The notes beneath the pieces were generated by a model. The model had not been told where the DNA came from and searched no databases. It was given only the letters and a program-made list of their open reading frames with translations. Of a stretch of DNA of 64,000 nucleotides, positions 30,101-39,237 are shown piece after piece. The position numbers and the translations under genes are program-made. This DNA is from an uncultured bacterium (GTDB lineage Bacteria; Babelota; Babeliae; Babelales; Vermiphilaceae), in the NCBI GenBank assembly GCA_963727255.1, contig CAVSFC010000001.1, positions 1-64,000 of the forward strand, in the 5' to 3' direction. The number at the start of each line of letters is the position of its first letter. The stretch's first letter is position 1.

Positions 30101-32945
30101 AGGTAATAATCTTGCAACTATGCTGTGGGCCAATGCCAATAAATGGCGCCAACAGCATGGTAAAGATGTGATGTCACCCGCAGAAATGAAAAGCCTCAAC
30201 ACCTCTATGCTCCTGTGCCAGATTTTGAATAATGGTTTATCTGAACAACAACAAACATTACTCTGTATTGCGCCCGCCGATATTAACCCCTATCAAGATC
30301 GGGGAGATATCGTTGCTGATGCGGTTGAATGTATCACCGAAGGTGATCAAACGCATTTGAATAATCGTATTGTTGCGCAGGGCCCCGATGGCATCACGCT
30401 CACATCAAAAGCAGGCAGTGTACATTTAGAAACTCAAAAGTATACCACGGTCACTGAAACGCATGCGGGCACCATCACCCAGCAGCATGCAATGCCTCAA
30501 CAACAATTGATCGCACAATCGGGCCCGGTAAGCGTGACCGCCCACAAGGATATTTCTCGCACCGGCACCCTGATAGTGGCAGCAGGCGATGTTGATGAAC
30601 ATGCCCAAACCGGTTCAGTTATTAAAAATCCCTTGGTACTACAAACAACCGTTGAAACGCGCCACGAAGAGCGCGGATTATTTTCAACCACCGAATCAAC
30701 GCAAACAACGGTAACGCATCACGTGGTGCCTTCGACAACAATCTCAGGAGCCAAACTTCATGATAAAGCAGCAGTTGCAATCAACGCCGTTGCACCACAA
30801 GATTCTGCTGCACAAAAGATCATCTATGAATCGCCAAACACCATTATCGAGGGCTTGATTCTGGCCAATCGCACCACCAGTCAATCCCAAACCAGTAGTG
30901 GCTTCTCAGAACAATCCAGTTTTGAAAGTAAAGAAACGCCCTCTGCTACCCCGGCCAACATAGAAGCCAAGGTAGTAGAGTTTGCGGGAAAAAATGCCCG
31001 CGTAAATGCAAATATTATTGCGCAAGAACTTCGGGATGAAACAGAGCATGGCGCGCAATTTGTTGCCAAAGTTGCCCAAATGCTCTGCTCGGGCCAATCA
31101 TTAGCTGCGAGCCCCTTCATGAGTGCAGATGCCGGTTATACTGCCGGGTATGAAACGATGATTCCCCCAATGCTTATGGTAGAAAAGATTGTGCGGACCA
31201 AAGATGCGGGCCACATGGTTTTTGAATCGGCAATCATCGATAAAAATCGCACTGAAATTATTGGCAAGTTCGTAGAAACCACCTACCATCTCAAGCAATG
31301 GCAAACCAGTTGGAATCATAGATCGCAATTGATTCCCGATGAAGCATTGATCGTTGTTGCATTGGCAGTCACCTTAGCAACACAAGGCGCCGGCGTTGAA
31401 CTTTTATCGCCGTTGCTCACCAATATTACTGCCGCAACCGGCATGCAATTAAGCGCGGCAGGCATCGCGATGGTAAATGCGGGCGTTTCAACGATCTGCA
31501 GTAGTGGTGCAACTTCATTCTTGAGAAGCGGCGATCCGATTAATACGGTTGCTCAACTTGCATCGCCCGAGCAACTCAAATCAATAGCATTCAGTATGGC
31601 ATCAGCAGGATTATGTTCACAACTGGGTGATATACTGAATGTGAATATGAAATCTGAACTGAAATCATTGGCCAGCCATGTCAAAGAACAGGCACTGCGC
31701 GGTACGGTGGACGCATTGCTCAATGTTGCAATACATGATGCGCCCATTGATAAAGCACTGGGCGATGCCTGCAAGCAGATTCCATTAAAAGCAGCTGCTG
31801 CGTACGCGGCAAATAAAATTTGTATCGCATATATGGATACTATTTCTCAAAAAGCAGCACAAACACTCGTGGGGGGCTTGAGTGGTTTTGCGATGCAAAA
31901 TTCTTCAAAAGGTTTTGTTGCGGGCGCTACGGGCGCATTGACGGCAGAGCTTATCGGCGATTATTTGGTAGCCGATGCACAAGAAATTGCTATCATTGCT
32001 GTTGGCAGGCTCAAGGCCGCAGGAAAACCGCTGAGCATAGAAAATGTGCAACAAGCAATTCAAGAAGAAGTGTGCTACAAAATGAATTGTACTAAAATTG
32101 TAGCAAGCGGTCTTGCGGCGCTCACCCGGCAAAATCAATCGATCGCGCTTGCAACCGTAACAAATGCCCTTGAAAATGATGTTGCCATTCGCGGTTCACT
32201 CTATGCAATGGCAGAGTTCCAAAGAATGGTAGAAGGAGCAAGCCAGGCAATAGCTCATTGTGCAGTGCCTGATGAAGTACTGCAGTCACAACTGGCTGAA
32301 TCCATTCTTGCCGATCGCAAGAATGAGCAAGCAGAATCTGATGAAGACGACCAAGACGCAGAAAGAAAACCTTTTGTGAAAAATTCAAAAGCCGGCATAT
32401 GGCATAAAGCTTGTATTTCAGGAGATGTGATATTACAAGAAGGACCCGACAAAAAAGTGTATCTCCGGATGCGTGAATTCTGGCACAAAGATCCGAAATG
32501 CCCATTTAATGTGATGAGTCATGGAAATCCTCATGGGGTTAGCGTAGAGAACAAAGAAATCCATGAGGATGCCCTCAATGAAAGAAATTCAGATACATTA
32601 AAACTTGAAGGAGAAGTCCATTTGAACGCAGCTGATCTTGAGCAACTCATTCGGACAGCGCCCGGCTATAAAGAGGGGCAACATATTCATTTATTTGGGT
32701 GCGGATGTGGGGGCCATCAAGAGGGAATAGCTCAGCAATTAGCCGATGCGATGAAAGTGCCGGTGTCTGCTTTCACCAAAACAGCGTGGTCTTTTGCTAT
32801 TCCTTATGTTTGCGGCACATTTGGTTGCGTGGAATTTGAAAATTTGCTGCCTGAATGGGGCAAGATTAAAACTTTTTACCCACGAGATCAACAACAACCA
32901 AAACCTCTCGGGCCTCTTGATCGAATAGATATGCACATGCCGTAG
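27165..32945 (+). CDS. Large secreted FHA/CdiA-like protein with DUF637-like region and C-terminal caspase-like (C80-type) peptidase domain
   Basis: N-x-G beta-helix repeats; VALAVTLATQGAG...LKSIAFSMASAGL; NALEND; SHG...IHLFGC..G..IAQQLADAMKVPVSA. Confidence 0.75.
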   Translation: MLKKSVFASLSYLSFLIFHNAFTMEQDRHSYHLSIKKIQNSPDQLTIKISKNAQKCSLVANFAAHTCDNEQNLFAPFKTAAGLKTATFGDAANPDSFLWNIPEFGLLKLQRDGSMFFGHGPNDVPLAHDELTFNTPGTLFIESLKVAALKIKSEKAQLCQAVVADRVHADHAVQNSGCLKTKQLEGPGEFLNEALLEFEGTQQKPAILGIKKFQNKNKLPLLAAKTQSSFLRITGDNQCFSNGEGALFEVSDALWVEGLQPGIASLFCNKGSLTAGQFNLCRQAANEGFLQARTMKVNGKPLDNKEFGQVKILEGISVDKTAIRNAGELTTQGNVNLTSAQVENKGTMICRQGNLSYTDAKLDNAGNVLMDGVKSSDILDVTNSGMLALKDSALNFGELKNEKDLVLHSGVYTVNFLTRNKRLQLLDQDWAITDDPKNQAPHRLLCVNFPAKKSWPASFAQEIECQRNLLYDVEVSPGTVRSQADVCLSSTYLRDINQLRALQTPGKVTAWCKPVNLIREPETAESEERGLWGFSSSTVKEFVSHYHFSNIGHLALNVLGPFTTHYSLRAPTLSMHVHGPLTLGKDNEHLGTLAATHGPLTVSAHSIDGQFGKFYGNGKTFLSSYKEDIIIGAPTRGIDENIKQQFISAYPRPGGIWNNIVDNFLASFDYTLNQTNGAYAASDNHLTLRSAKNISVKYGTVISALGNHLIARNEVQNLSGKISSQGGTTLEADNYNHTREGAATKSWTSQHDYYQYPGSGPAVLESLKRINFLVKKVNNRAGSIRCGEDIGVNGSKTLAQATEYVEEPQHFYHYYFNHHGRGCDWGAKQHPIFSQSCTTQAGDTITMNLGNFVITGTMNAAGKLSIQADTGLFTNNNSSRQTQIPTQPVVVDVTQYMQEHARKPGMYRLGNNNAVETEFPLGAASAPQDGDRVLLENPGRAAPLAWRDIFNPLNSVNLDLHLQQLLANLAGKVYAGKAKGNNLATMLWANANKWRQQHGKDVMSPAEMKSLNTSMLLCQILNNGLSEQQQTLLCIAPADINPYQDRGDIVADAVECITEGDQTHLNNRIVAQGPDGITLTSKAGSVHLETQKYTTVTETHAGTITQQHAMPQQQLIAQSGPVSVTAHKDISRTGTLIVAAGDVDEHAQTGSVIKNPLVLQTTVETRHEERGLFSTTESTQTTVTHHVVPSTTISGAKLHDKAAVAINAVAPQDSAAQKIIYESPNTIIEGLILANRTTSQSQTSSGFSEQSSFESKETPSATPANIEAKVVEFAGKNARVNANIIAQELRDETEHGAQFVAKVAQMLCSGQSLAASPFMSADAGYTAGYETMIPPMLMVEKIVRTKDAGHMVFESAIIDKNRTEIIGKFVETTYHLKQWQTSWNHRSQLIPDEALIVVALAVTLATQGAGVELLSPLLTNITAATGMQLSAAGIAMVNAGVSTICSSGATSFLRSGDPINTVAQLASPEQLKSIAFSMASAGLCSQLGDILNVNMKSELKSLASHVKEQALRGTVDALLNVAIHDAPIDKALGDACKQIPLKAAAAYAANKICIAYMDTISQKAAQTLVGGLSGFAMQNSSKGFVAGATGALTAELIGDYLVADAQEIAIIAVGRLKAAGKPLSIENVQQAIQEEVCYKMNCTKIVASGLAALTRQNQSIALATVTNALENDVAIRGSLYAMAEFQRMVEGASQAIAHCAVPDEVLQSQLAESILADRKNEQAESDEDDQDAERKPFVKNSKAGIWHKACISGDVILQEGPDKKVYLRMREFWHKDPKCPFNVMSHGNPHGVSVENKEIHEDALNERNSDTLKLEGEVHLNAADLEQLIRTAPGYKEGQHIHLFGCGCGGHQEGIAQQLADAMKVPVSAFTKTAWSFAIPYVCGTFGCVEFENLLPEWGKIKTFYPRDQQQPKPLGPLDRIDMHMP

Positions 32946-32958
32946 AAAAGGTACTTGT

Positions 32959-33735
32959 TTACTCTTTTTTAACCGGCAACTTGGTTAAGTTAATGGGAAT
33001 TACGATAATATCCCGTTTGGCTTTTTCGAGTTTCGGAATTACTTGCGTTGCTGCGTGACTATTGAGTTGATTGTTAAAGATAATCCCTTGATTATATCGA
33101 GGGATTATTTCTTGAACATCCGCATCATCATATTTGTCTTCAGGCAAGCCTGATCGTATTTTAAATTTGCCGCCATGCCAGCCATGTTCAGGATCATCTT
33201 GTTCGCTGAGCATTAATACCAGCGAATAGTGTGCCTGTGGATCATAATCTTCACCCGGATCTTGATGCCAATTCATCGCTTCACTTGAGCTACAGCGTTG
33301 AAAAAATACTTGTGCATAGATTTCTTCCGGTAGTTTAGTCCAAGTCTTCACCGTTTCAAACATTTTTGGCAAAATTTCATCTGAAACAATCGATTGTAGA
33401 ACAGGATAATGAAGAATAGATTGCGGAGACTGAGCCATCAGTGTTTCTCGCACTTGTGTCACTTTTGTGGTCTTAAATTCTTTAACGATGTTCGCTTTTC
33501 TTCCCGTTTTTACTAAAACATCAGACCATACCAACCCGGTTCGCTTAGAATAATCTTCATATCCTAATCGCTTGTTTTCAATCTCATCCATAATCGCTTT
33601 GATTGTTGCAATAGTTTTGGTATCTGAAAAAAATGATCTAACAATAGCTAATTCTTTGATGTCAGCTTTTTGCATTGCGTTATTTGTTGATGCTACGCTA
33701 AGAAGTAAAATCGCCAAAATACGATATTTATTCAT
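32959..33735 (-). CDS. Secreted 2OG-Fe(II) oxygenase
   Basis: WHQD, GGKF, IIFNN..SHAAT, RDII; signal ending NNA-MQ. Confidence 0.8.
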   Translation of the reverse strand: MNKYRILAILLLSVASTNNAMQKADIKELAIVRSFFSDTKTIATIKAIMDEIENKRLGYEDYSKRTGLVWSDVLVKTGRKANIVKEFKTTKVTQVRETLMAQSPQSILHYPVLQSIVSDEILPKMFETVKTWTKLPEEIYAQVFFQRCSSSEAMNWHQDPGEDYDPQAHYSLVLMLSEQDDPEHGWHGGKFKIRSGLPEDKYDDADVQEIIPRYNQGIIFNNQLNSHAATQVIPKLEKAKRDIIVIPINLTKLPVKKE

Positions 33736-33758
33736 GTTAGACCCTTTCTTTTATCTCA

Positions 33759-34598
33759 TCAAAAACCGCCGCCCGGACGTGCGCTTAATGCATTATAAAG
33801 ATCTTCAGGCAGCCACGCTAATAATTCAGCCACTTTTTGCCACCGTTTGCAAATATACGCAACGGAAGTTTTATTTTTTATTGCTTCCATAATTTCTCTC
33901 ACCGCATCCGGCAATGATTCAACCCAATAGGCATGGGGCAATTTTGATGGATCATAATCACCTCGGCTATTCACCCAACCCGGGCAAATATCGGTCACAT
34001 AAATCGGTATATTTTTTTGCATATATTTATTTCTTTCAGCTTCTAAATAGCGCGAGCAAAATGCCTTGGCGGCAGAATATGCCTGATTGCCGGCTACTCC
34101 GCGCAATCCATCAACTGATGAAAAGCCAACTAAATGGCCATGACCTTGCTGTTCAAAAAAATTTAATCCGGTACGCGCCAGTGCAAAAAATCCGACAACA
34201 TCAACTTCTAATACCGGCAATGATTTTTTCCAATCAGCGCTTTCAAAATCACAATCAAAAAAACCGGTAACGGCGATCACCAAAAGATCAAGCCCGCCCA
34301 TTTCTTTGATCATTGTTTCTAATTTTTCTACCGCTTCAACCGGTTTTGATGCATCCATTTGCATAACATAAGTTGGCGTATAAATCTCTTTTTGTATCTG
34401 CTCTAAAAGTCCGATTCTGCGAGCAGACATTCCCACAATATAGCCATCAGCTGCAAGCATTTTTGAAACCTCTTTTCCCATGCCGACCGAAGCGCCGATA
34501 ACAATCGCACGCTTTTGCTGTCTGCTTTCCGCCCGAGCCGGCTCAGCAATTAGATACGTATTAAAGATAATAGATACCAGTAATAATAATGCGATCAT
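33759..34598 (-). CDS. SDR-family oxidoreductase
   Basis: IGASVGMG, SS, YSAAK, PGWV. Confidence 0.9.
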   Translation of the reverse strand: MIALLLLVSIIFNTYLIAEPARAESRQQKRAIVIGASVGMGKEVSKMLAADGYIVGMSARRIGLLEQIQKEIYTPTYVMQMDASKPVEAVEKLETMIKEMGGLDLLVIAVTGFFDCDFESADWKKSLPVLEVDVVGFFALARTGLNFFEQQGHGHLVGFSSVDGLRGVAGNQAYSAAKAFCSRYLEAERNKYMQKNIPIYVTDICPGWVNSRGDYDPSKLPHAYWVESLPDAVREIMEAIKNKTSVAYICKRWQKVAELLAWLPEDLYNALSARPGGGF

Positions 34599-34625
34599 AC
34601 TTTTCTCCCCTCTATTTCGTAAATA

Positions 34626-34667
34626 ATCCCTAATTATTTTTTAGTGTGAATAAAAATAATTAGGGAT
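34626..34667. terminator. Perfect 16-bp inverted repeat (terminator or operator)
   Basis: ATCCCTAATTATTTTT-10 nt-AAAAATAATTAGGGAT between racemase stop and SDR start. Confidence 0.5.
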
Positions 34668-34702
34668 AACAAGAGTTTTGTATGATCACTAGTTATTGAA
34701 AT

Positions 34703-35389
34703 TTAATCTATTAATGCAAAATCAACTGCAGCTGATGTTTGAAGCTGAACCGGATCAATAATAGGCAACGCTGAATTGCTTTGATTCACAACCAGAGGAT
34801 ACTCAGTGCAACCCAAGACAACCGCATCACAATCTTTATGCCGGGCAATTAAAGCACCAAAATAGTTTCTTGATTCTTGAGTCACATTATTTTGCATCAA
34901 CTCGCCATGAATTCTTTGCATCTCATTGCGCTCTTCCAGATTTGGAATTACAACCGTGATGCCATTATCTTCAAGTTTTTTGGCAAAAAAACCATCTTCC
35001 ATCGTAAATTTGGTTGCCAGTAAAAGCACTTTATTAGAGTTTTGCTTTTTAATGTGTTGAGCCACCAAATCAACCGCATGAAATACCGGAATAGAAGAAT
35101 TAAGATCAGCTTTGATCATGTCATAATATTTATGCAAGCTGTTGCAACAGATCATAATGCAATCAGGATTTAGATTTATAAGCTTTTGCAATTCGCGTTT
35201 TAATGCTGCGGCTGTTGCACCATGATCTTGGCCATATGTGCTCATAATATCATGATAATCGACGCTGCTTAGAATAATTTTTGCACTATGATAACCGCCC
35301 AAGCGTTTGTTCATCTTTTCATTTAATAGTGTGTAATAGCCAATGGTTGATGACCAGCCGGTGCCGCCTAATAATCCAATTGTTTTCAT
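34703..35389 (-). CDS. Aspartate/glutamate racemase family (copy A2)
   Basis: Close paralog of 14163-14864. Confidence 0.9.
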   Translation of the reverse strand: MKTIGLLGGTGWSSTIGYYTLLNEKMNKRLGGYHSAKIILSSVDYHDIMSTYGQDHGATAAALKRELQKLINLNPDCIMICCNSLHKYYDMIKADLNSSIPVFHAVDLVAQHIKKQNSNKVLLLATKFTMEDGFFAKKLEDNGITVVIPNLEERNEMQRIHGELMQNNVTQESRNYFGALIARHKDCDAVVLGCTEYPLVVNQSNSALPIIDPVQLQTSAAVDFALID

Positions 35390-35462
35390 GTGTGATCCTG
35401 TAGTGTAATAATGTTTATATTGCTTTGTTTATGTTTTTAATAAAGTTTACTACTTCTTTTGA

Positions 35463-36083
35463 TTACGGACACCAGCTATCATCATATCGATATCGTTTTT
35501 CAGATGCTTTTTCTTTGGCTTCTCGAGCCTCACGATTCTTCTTGGATGAAAAAAGTTGCATTCCTACCGGAATATCCTTTACCCCAGTTGTTGTAAGGAG
35601 AACATGATCCCAAGAAGCATGGTAATGCATATAAATATCCATACAGCGCTTAACAACTGAACTTTTAGTATAAAGCTGCTCGATTTCTTTGTGTCTATCC
35701 TGTCCTTGATATTTTAATTTCTCATTTAATTTTTCATTAAGTTCTACGGGCAGCTTTTTAACCTGTATTAATATCGGCGTAATACGGAGCTGCTCATTTT
35801 CCTGAGTAATGGTTGCAATTTTATTGAGGGTGGTTATCGCGGTAAAAAGATCAAGTTGCTTTTCCAGCGGAGCATTCACCATATCAGTATATTTATTAAG
35901 GCTTTCATGAGGAAATTGGGCATCAATTTTTTGAGCCAGAAGATCGCACTGCTGATTGCGCACGGATGCAATTTCTCTGATTATTTTCTCGAGACACAAT
36001 GAAACGAGGGGAGGGATATATCTTGAATTTTGCATTGGATAAATGTTTGAAACAAAAAATAAAGGAAGTAGTAAGTATTTCAT
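35463..36083 (-). CDS. Secreted hypothetical protein with BC-box-like motif
   Basis: Signal ending IYP-MQ, then PPLVSLCLEKI; later LPVELNEKL. Confidence 0.7.
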   Translation of the reverse strand: MKYLLLPLFFVSNIYPMQNSRYIPPLVSLCLEKIIREIASVRNQQCDLLAQKIDAQFPHESLNKYTDMVNAPLEKQLDLFTAITTLNKIATITQENEQLRITPILIQVKKLPVELNEKLNEKLKYQGQDRHKEIEQLYTKSSVVKRCMDIYMHYHASWDHVLLTTTGVKDIPVGMQLFSSKKNREAREAKEKASEKRYRYDDSWCP

Positions 36084-36101
36084 AAACAGCTTTCGTATAT
36101 T

Positions 36102-36692
36102 TTAATCTGCATGCTCAATCGATTCAAATGCAAACATCTGCCGATCTTCATGCCAAGTGAAGGTAATAATTGATTCATTGGTTACTTCGGGTAATTGTTC
36201 TACATTATGCCCTAGATGAACAAGCAATGAGCGGATTGCTCCTCCATGAGTCACCACGGCAATACGCTGGTCTTTGTGTTTTTGTGCGATTAACAGGAGA
36301 TAGTTCATAACGCGTTCTATTACTTTATCGCGGGGTTCTGCACCAATTTCTTCTGGCAATGTTAGCCAATCAAAATGTCCATAAAGATCGTGCCATTCTT
36401 TTTTTGTAAGCCCTTCCATTTTGCCATAATGTCCTTCGCGCAGATCAGCGGCACTAATGATCTCTAATGTAAAAAGAGTGGCAATTGCATGCGCCGTTTG
36501 ATGCGCTCGTTGCAAATCTGATGAATAAAGGGCATGCAAAGAGACGTGTTTCTTCTTAAGAAACTGCGCCACTTTTTGTGCTTGTGCTTTTCCGGTTGCA
36601 TTCAATGGAATATCCGCGTGGCCCTGTATTTTACCCGCAAGATTCCAATCAGTTTGACCATGACGAATAAGATATAAGGTAGTTGTACTCAT
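36102..36692 (-). CDS. Histidine phosphatase family (copy A2)
   Basis: RHG motif; paralog of 16403-16993. Confidence 0.9.
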   Translation of the reverse strand: MSTTTLYLIRHGQTDWNLAGKIQGHADIPLNATGKAQAQKVAQFLKKKHVSLHALYSSDLQRAHQTAHAIATLFTLEIISAADLREGHYGKMEGLTKKEWHDLYGHFDWLTLPEEIGAEPRDKVIERVMNYLLLIAQKHKDQRIAVVTHGGAIRSLLVHLGHNVEQLPEVTNESIITFTWHEDRQMFAFESIEHAD

Positions 36693-36763
36693 ATGAAAAT
36701 CCTCAATGTGTATATTTTATGCATTGCATTTATGAACAAGAAATTTCTATATCAGGCAAATGG

Positions 36764-37063
36764 CTAATCAGGATGCGGCACAATCGCAATAATTGTAAGC
36801 TGACGTTCTTTAGGTCCATAATACCAAAATATTCGATATGCCCTGGGAGTCTTTTGTTGTGCGTATGCTTCAAAAACTTTTTCTCCTCTTGGCCCCTTTA
36901 ATGCAGTGTACTCGTGCGTATTTAGAGATGGATGCCTTAAATTTACTTCCATAAGGCCTAATGTCTTGCTTACTGCTTTATAAATTTTGATTTGTGAAGG
37001 ATCATTTTCAAGCTCATCGAGACTATCATTTGCCTCATCAGAAAACACCAATTCTCTTTTCAT
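36764..37063 (-). CDS. RelE/ParE-superfamily type II toxin
   Basis: RHPSLNTH, AYRIFWYY, LTIIAIVPHP; 4-nt overlap with upstream antitoxin. Confidence 0.7.
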   Translation of the reverse strand: MKRELVFSDEANDSLDELENDPSQIKIYKAVSKTLGLMEVNLRHPSLNTHEYTALKGPRGEKVFEAYAQQKTPRAYRIFWYYGPKERQLTIIAIVPHPD

Positions 37064-37335
37064 TTGGATTTACTTCTCTTAGTTACATGATGGGCAAATG
37101 AACCACGGCTCACCCCTGGTGTTTTTTGTTTGAGGCCCCGTTTGATTTTCTCGAGAATTTCTTTATTTTCGGGCTTAAAAAGCCAAGCTTCGCGAGCAGG
37201 AACTTCTACTATAGGTTCTAGAATGATTCGACCATCTTTTTCTTCATGAGCATAAAAAGAAGACGCAATTTTTTTTGATACTTTAGTAAGCGATATTCGA
37301 TTGCGAGAATCCACCTTTACTGAAACTTTTTTCAT
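37060..37335 (-). CDS. AbrB/MazE-like antitoxin
   Basis: VKVDSRNRISL...GRIILEP...EAWLF; AGGAG RBS. Confidence 0.7.
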   Translation of the reverse strand: MKKVSVKVDSRNRISLTKVSKKIASSFYAHEEKDGRIILEPIVEVPAREAWLFKPENKEILEKIKRGLKQKTPGVSRGSFAHHVTKRSKSK

Positions 37336-37393
37336 AAAAATACTCCTAAAAAAGTTAGTTATTTTAAACAATATCATAAAAGTGGGATTTGTG

Positions 37394-38269
37394 TCAAATG
37401 GGTAAATGGGTATTTATCACTTCATCAATAATGCGCCAGCACTCTTTGCCCTCAATGTTATTTGTTTCGCAAAGACCTGCTGCAACAATTAATGCTTTCC
37501 ATAATGTCCAGCCGCGTCCGCGAGCCCAGGTTCCTTCATCAAGATCAAGCGTTGAGCGGAAAACTTCTCGGGTTTCGCCTTTGAAGAGGGTCCATGCAAT
37601 TGCCAGATCACAGGCAGGATCGCCAATTGCTAATCCACCAAAGTCAATGACCGCACTTAATTGGCCGTTTTGCACGAGCAAGTTGCCAAGGCTAATATCA
37701 CCATGAACCCAAACAGGCGGCCGGTTCCACTGCGTTGCAAGTGCTGCTTCCCAAACTTGAGTTACTGCAGCAACATCGATCTTATCATTCAAGATAGCAA
37801 TTGCTTGCCGTGTTTCATCATCATAGATTGTAAGAGGGCCTCCGCGATCGGTAGTTGATCCTGGTACCGGACCATTGGTAGGATCAATTTTTTGAAGTGC
37901 AACAAGAAACTGCGCAAGACTTTTTGCGAAATCATTTGTATTAGTTATTTGAGCATAACCAGCAGCTTCGCCCTCAAGCCACCGATAAACAGACCAGTGC
38001 CATGGATAACCATACCCTGGCTCGCCAATCACTAAAGGAATGGGAATTTGCAGTGGCAATAACGGAGTCAAAATTGGTAGCCACTTATGCTCTTTTTCAA
38101 CTTTCGGCGCATATTCCTGGCCACTTGGCATACGCACCAGCATTGTATCACCAAGATGGAAGGTTCTATTATCCCATCCGCCCTGAGCAACCGGCTTTAC
38201 CTCCAAATGTTTCCATTGGGGAAATTGAGAATCTATGAGCTTCCGCACAAGTTCAGTATCTATGATCAT
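37394..38269 (-). CDS. Aminoglycoside phosphotransferase family (copy A2)
   Basis: Close paralog of 17371-18258. Confidence 0.9.
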   Translation of the reverse strand: MIIDTELVRKLIDSQFPQWKHLEVKPVAQGGWDNRTFHLGDTMLVRMPSGQEYAPKVEKEHKWLPILTPLLPLQIPIPLVIGEPGYGYPWHWSVYRWLEGEAAGYAQITNTNDFAKSLAQFLVALQKIDPTNGPVPGSTTDRGGPLTIYDDETRQAIAILNDKIDVAAVTQVWEAALATQWNRPPVWVHGDISLGNLLVQNGQLSAVIDFGGLAIGDPACDLAIAWTLFKGETREVFRSTLDLDEGTWARGRGWTLWKALIVAAGLCETNNIEGKECWRIIDEVINTHLPI

Positions 38270-38271
38270 AA

Positions 38272-39105
38272 CTATTTATCGTCATTTTCTAATTTAGATG
38301 TATCAAATCCCCATTTTGCGCACAAGCCATGTAATGCAAGCATAGCGCTCGAATAGCCTTTACAGCTATAGATCGCTCTCAAATCTGTTTCTAATTTATC
38401 ATTGCCATGCGCCATTTCTGCAAAAAAATCAGGGCCTTTTAATAGATTCATCTGATATCTATGAGTGTTATACATATGATCTTGAATTCTGGCAACTTCA
38501 TCGGCAGTCAAAAGGGGATTAAGTGAAGGCTTTTTTTGAGCCGCTTCAAGAAGCGTTTTGAATGCTTCAACTATTTTTGAATCAACATCATAATCAGCAG
38601 TGCTGTATACATTAACTATCACCGGCCTTTCAAGATTTTTTGTTTGCTCTGTTCTAATAAAACCTACGTTTGCAAATTTATCATTTAATAATGTTTGATG
38701 CCACGCAATTCCCTGTTCTTTATCCACGTTGCCATTCCAAGGAATGAATTGTAAGAGTTTATGAAAGGATGCTGATTGCTGTGTCAAGACATCGCAAGCA
38801 TAGCGATGCGATTTGCTCGCACGATCTTCTTCGTTATCGATATCTTCCATCACTTTGCAAAAATCCGTTGGTTTAAAATTGGTATCATGGGCAGCTTGTG
38901 TGCACAAATGAGAAAAAAGTCCCCTTTGTATTGCTATAAGAGTATTTGATTGCGGGGATATATCTCTAAAACAATCGATCACTTCTGGTGAAGATGCAAG
39001 TGGCTTATTATAGGTAGCCAAAAGTTGTTCTTTTTTTGCTTCCATAGCCTGAAGACTAAATATGCTAAAACATGCTAATGCCATTGTACTTTTAATAAGT
39101 TTCAT
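38272..39105 (-). CDS. Secreted hypothetical protein (copy A2)
   Basis: Near-identical to 18261-19097 except the C-terminal ~70 aa. Confidence 0.8.
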   Translation of the reverse strand: MKLIKSTMALACFSIFSLQAMEAKKEQLLATYNKPLASSPEVIDCFRDISPQSNTLIAIQRGLFSHLCTQAAHDTNFKPTDFCKVMEDIDNEEDRASKSHRYACDVLTQQSASFHKLLQFIPWNGNVDKEQGIAWHQTLLNDKFANVGFIRTEQTKNLERPVIVNVYSTADYDVDSKIVEAFKTLLEAAQKKPSLNPLLTADEVARIQDHMYNTHRYQMNLLKGPDFFAEMAHGNDKLETDLRAIYSCKGYSSAMLALHGLCAKWGFDTSKLENDDK

Positions 39106-39237
39106 ATGAACCTCATGTGATAAAGAATTATTGTTATTCTGAGACTAGCAAATATGATAGCGATTTTTCAAAATTAAATATAGAATAACGCTATTACTGT
39201 GCATTTTTTTATATCTTTACTATTCACTGGCTTTCTC

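Noticed and set aside
27323..32936. Many short antisense ORFs within the giant gene, and similar shadow ORFs elsewhere
   Set aside because: No motifs or RBS; expected shadows of long coding regions.
32959..33735. Immunity gene for the CdiA-like protein
   Set aside because: Opposite strand, has its own signal peptide and a 2OG-Fe(II) oxygenase signature.
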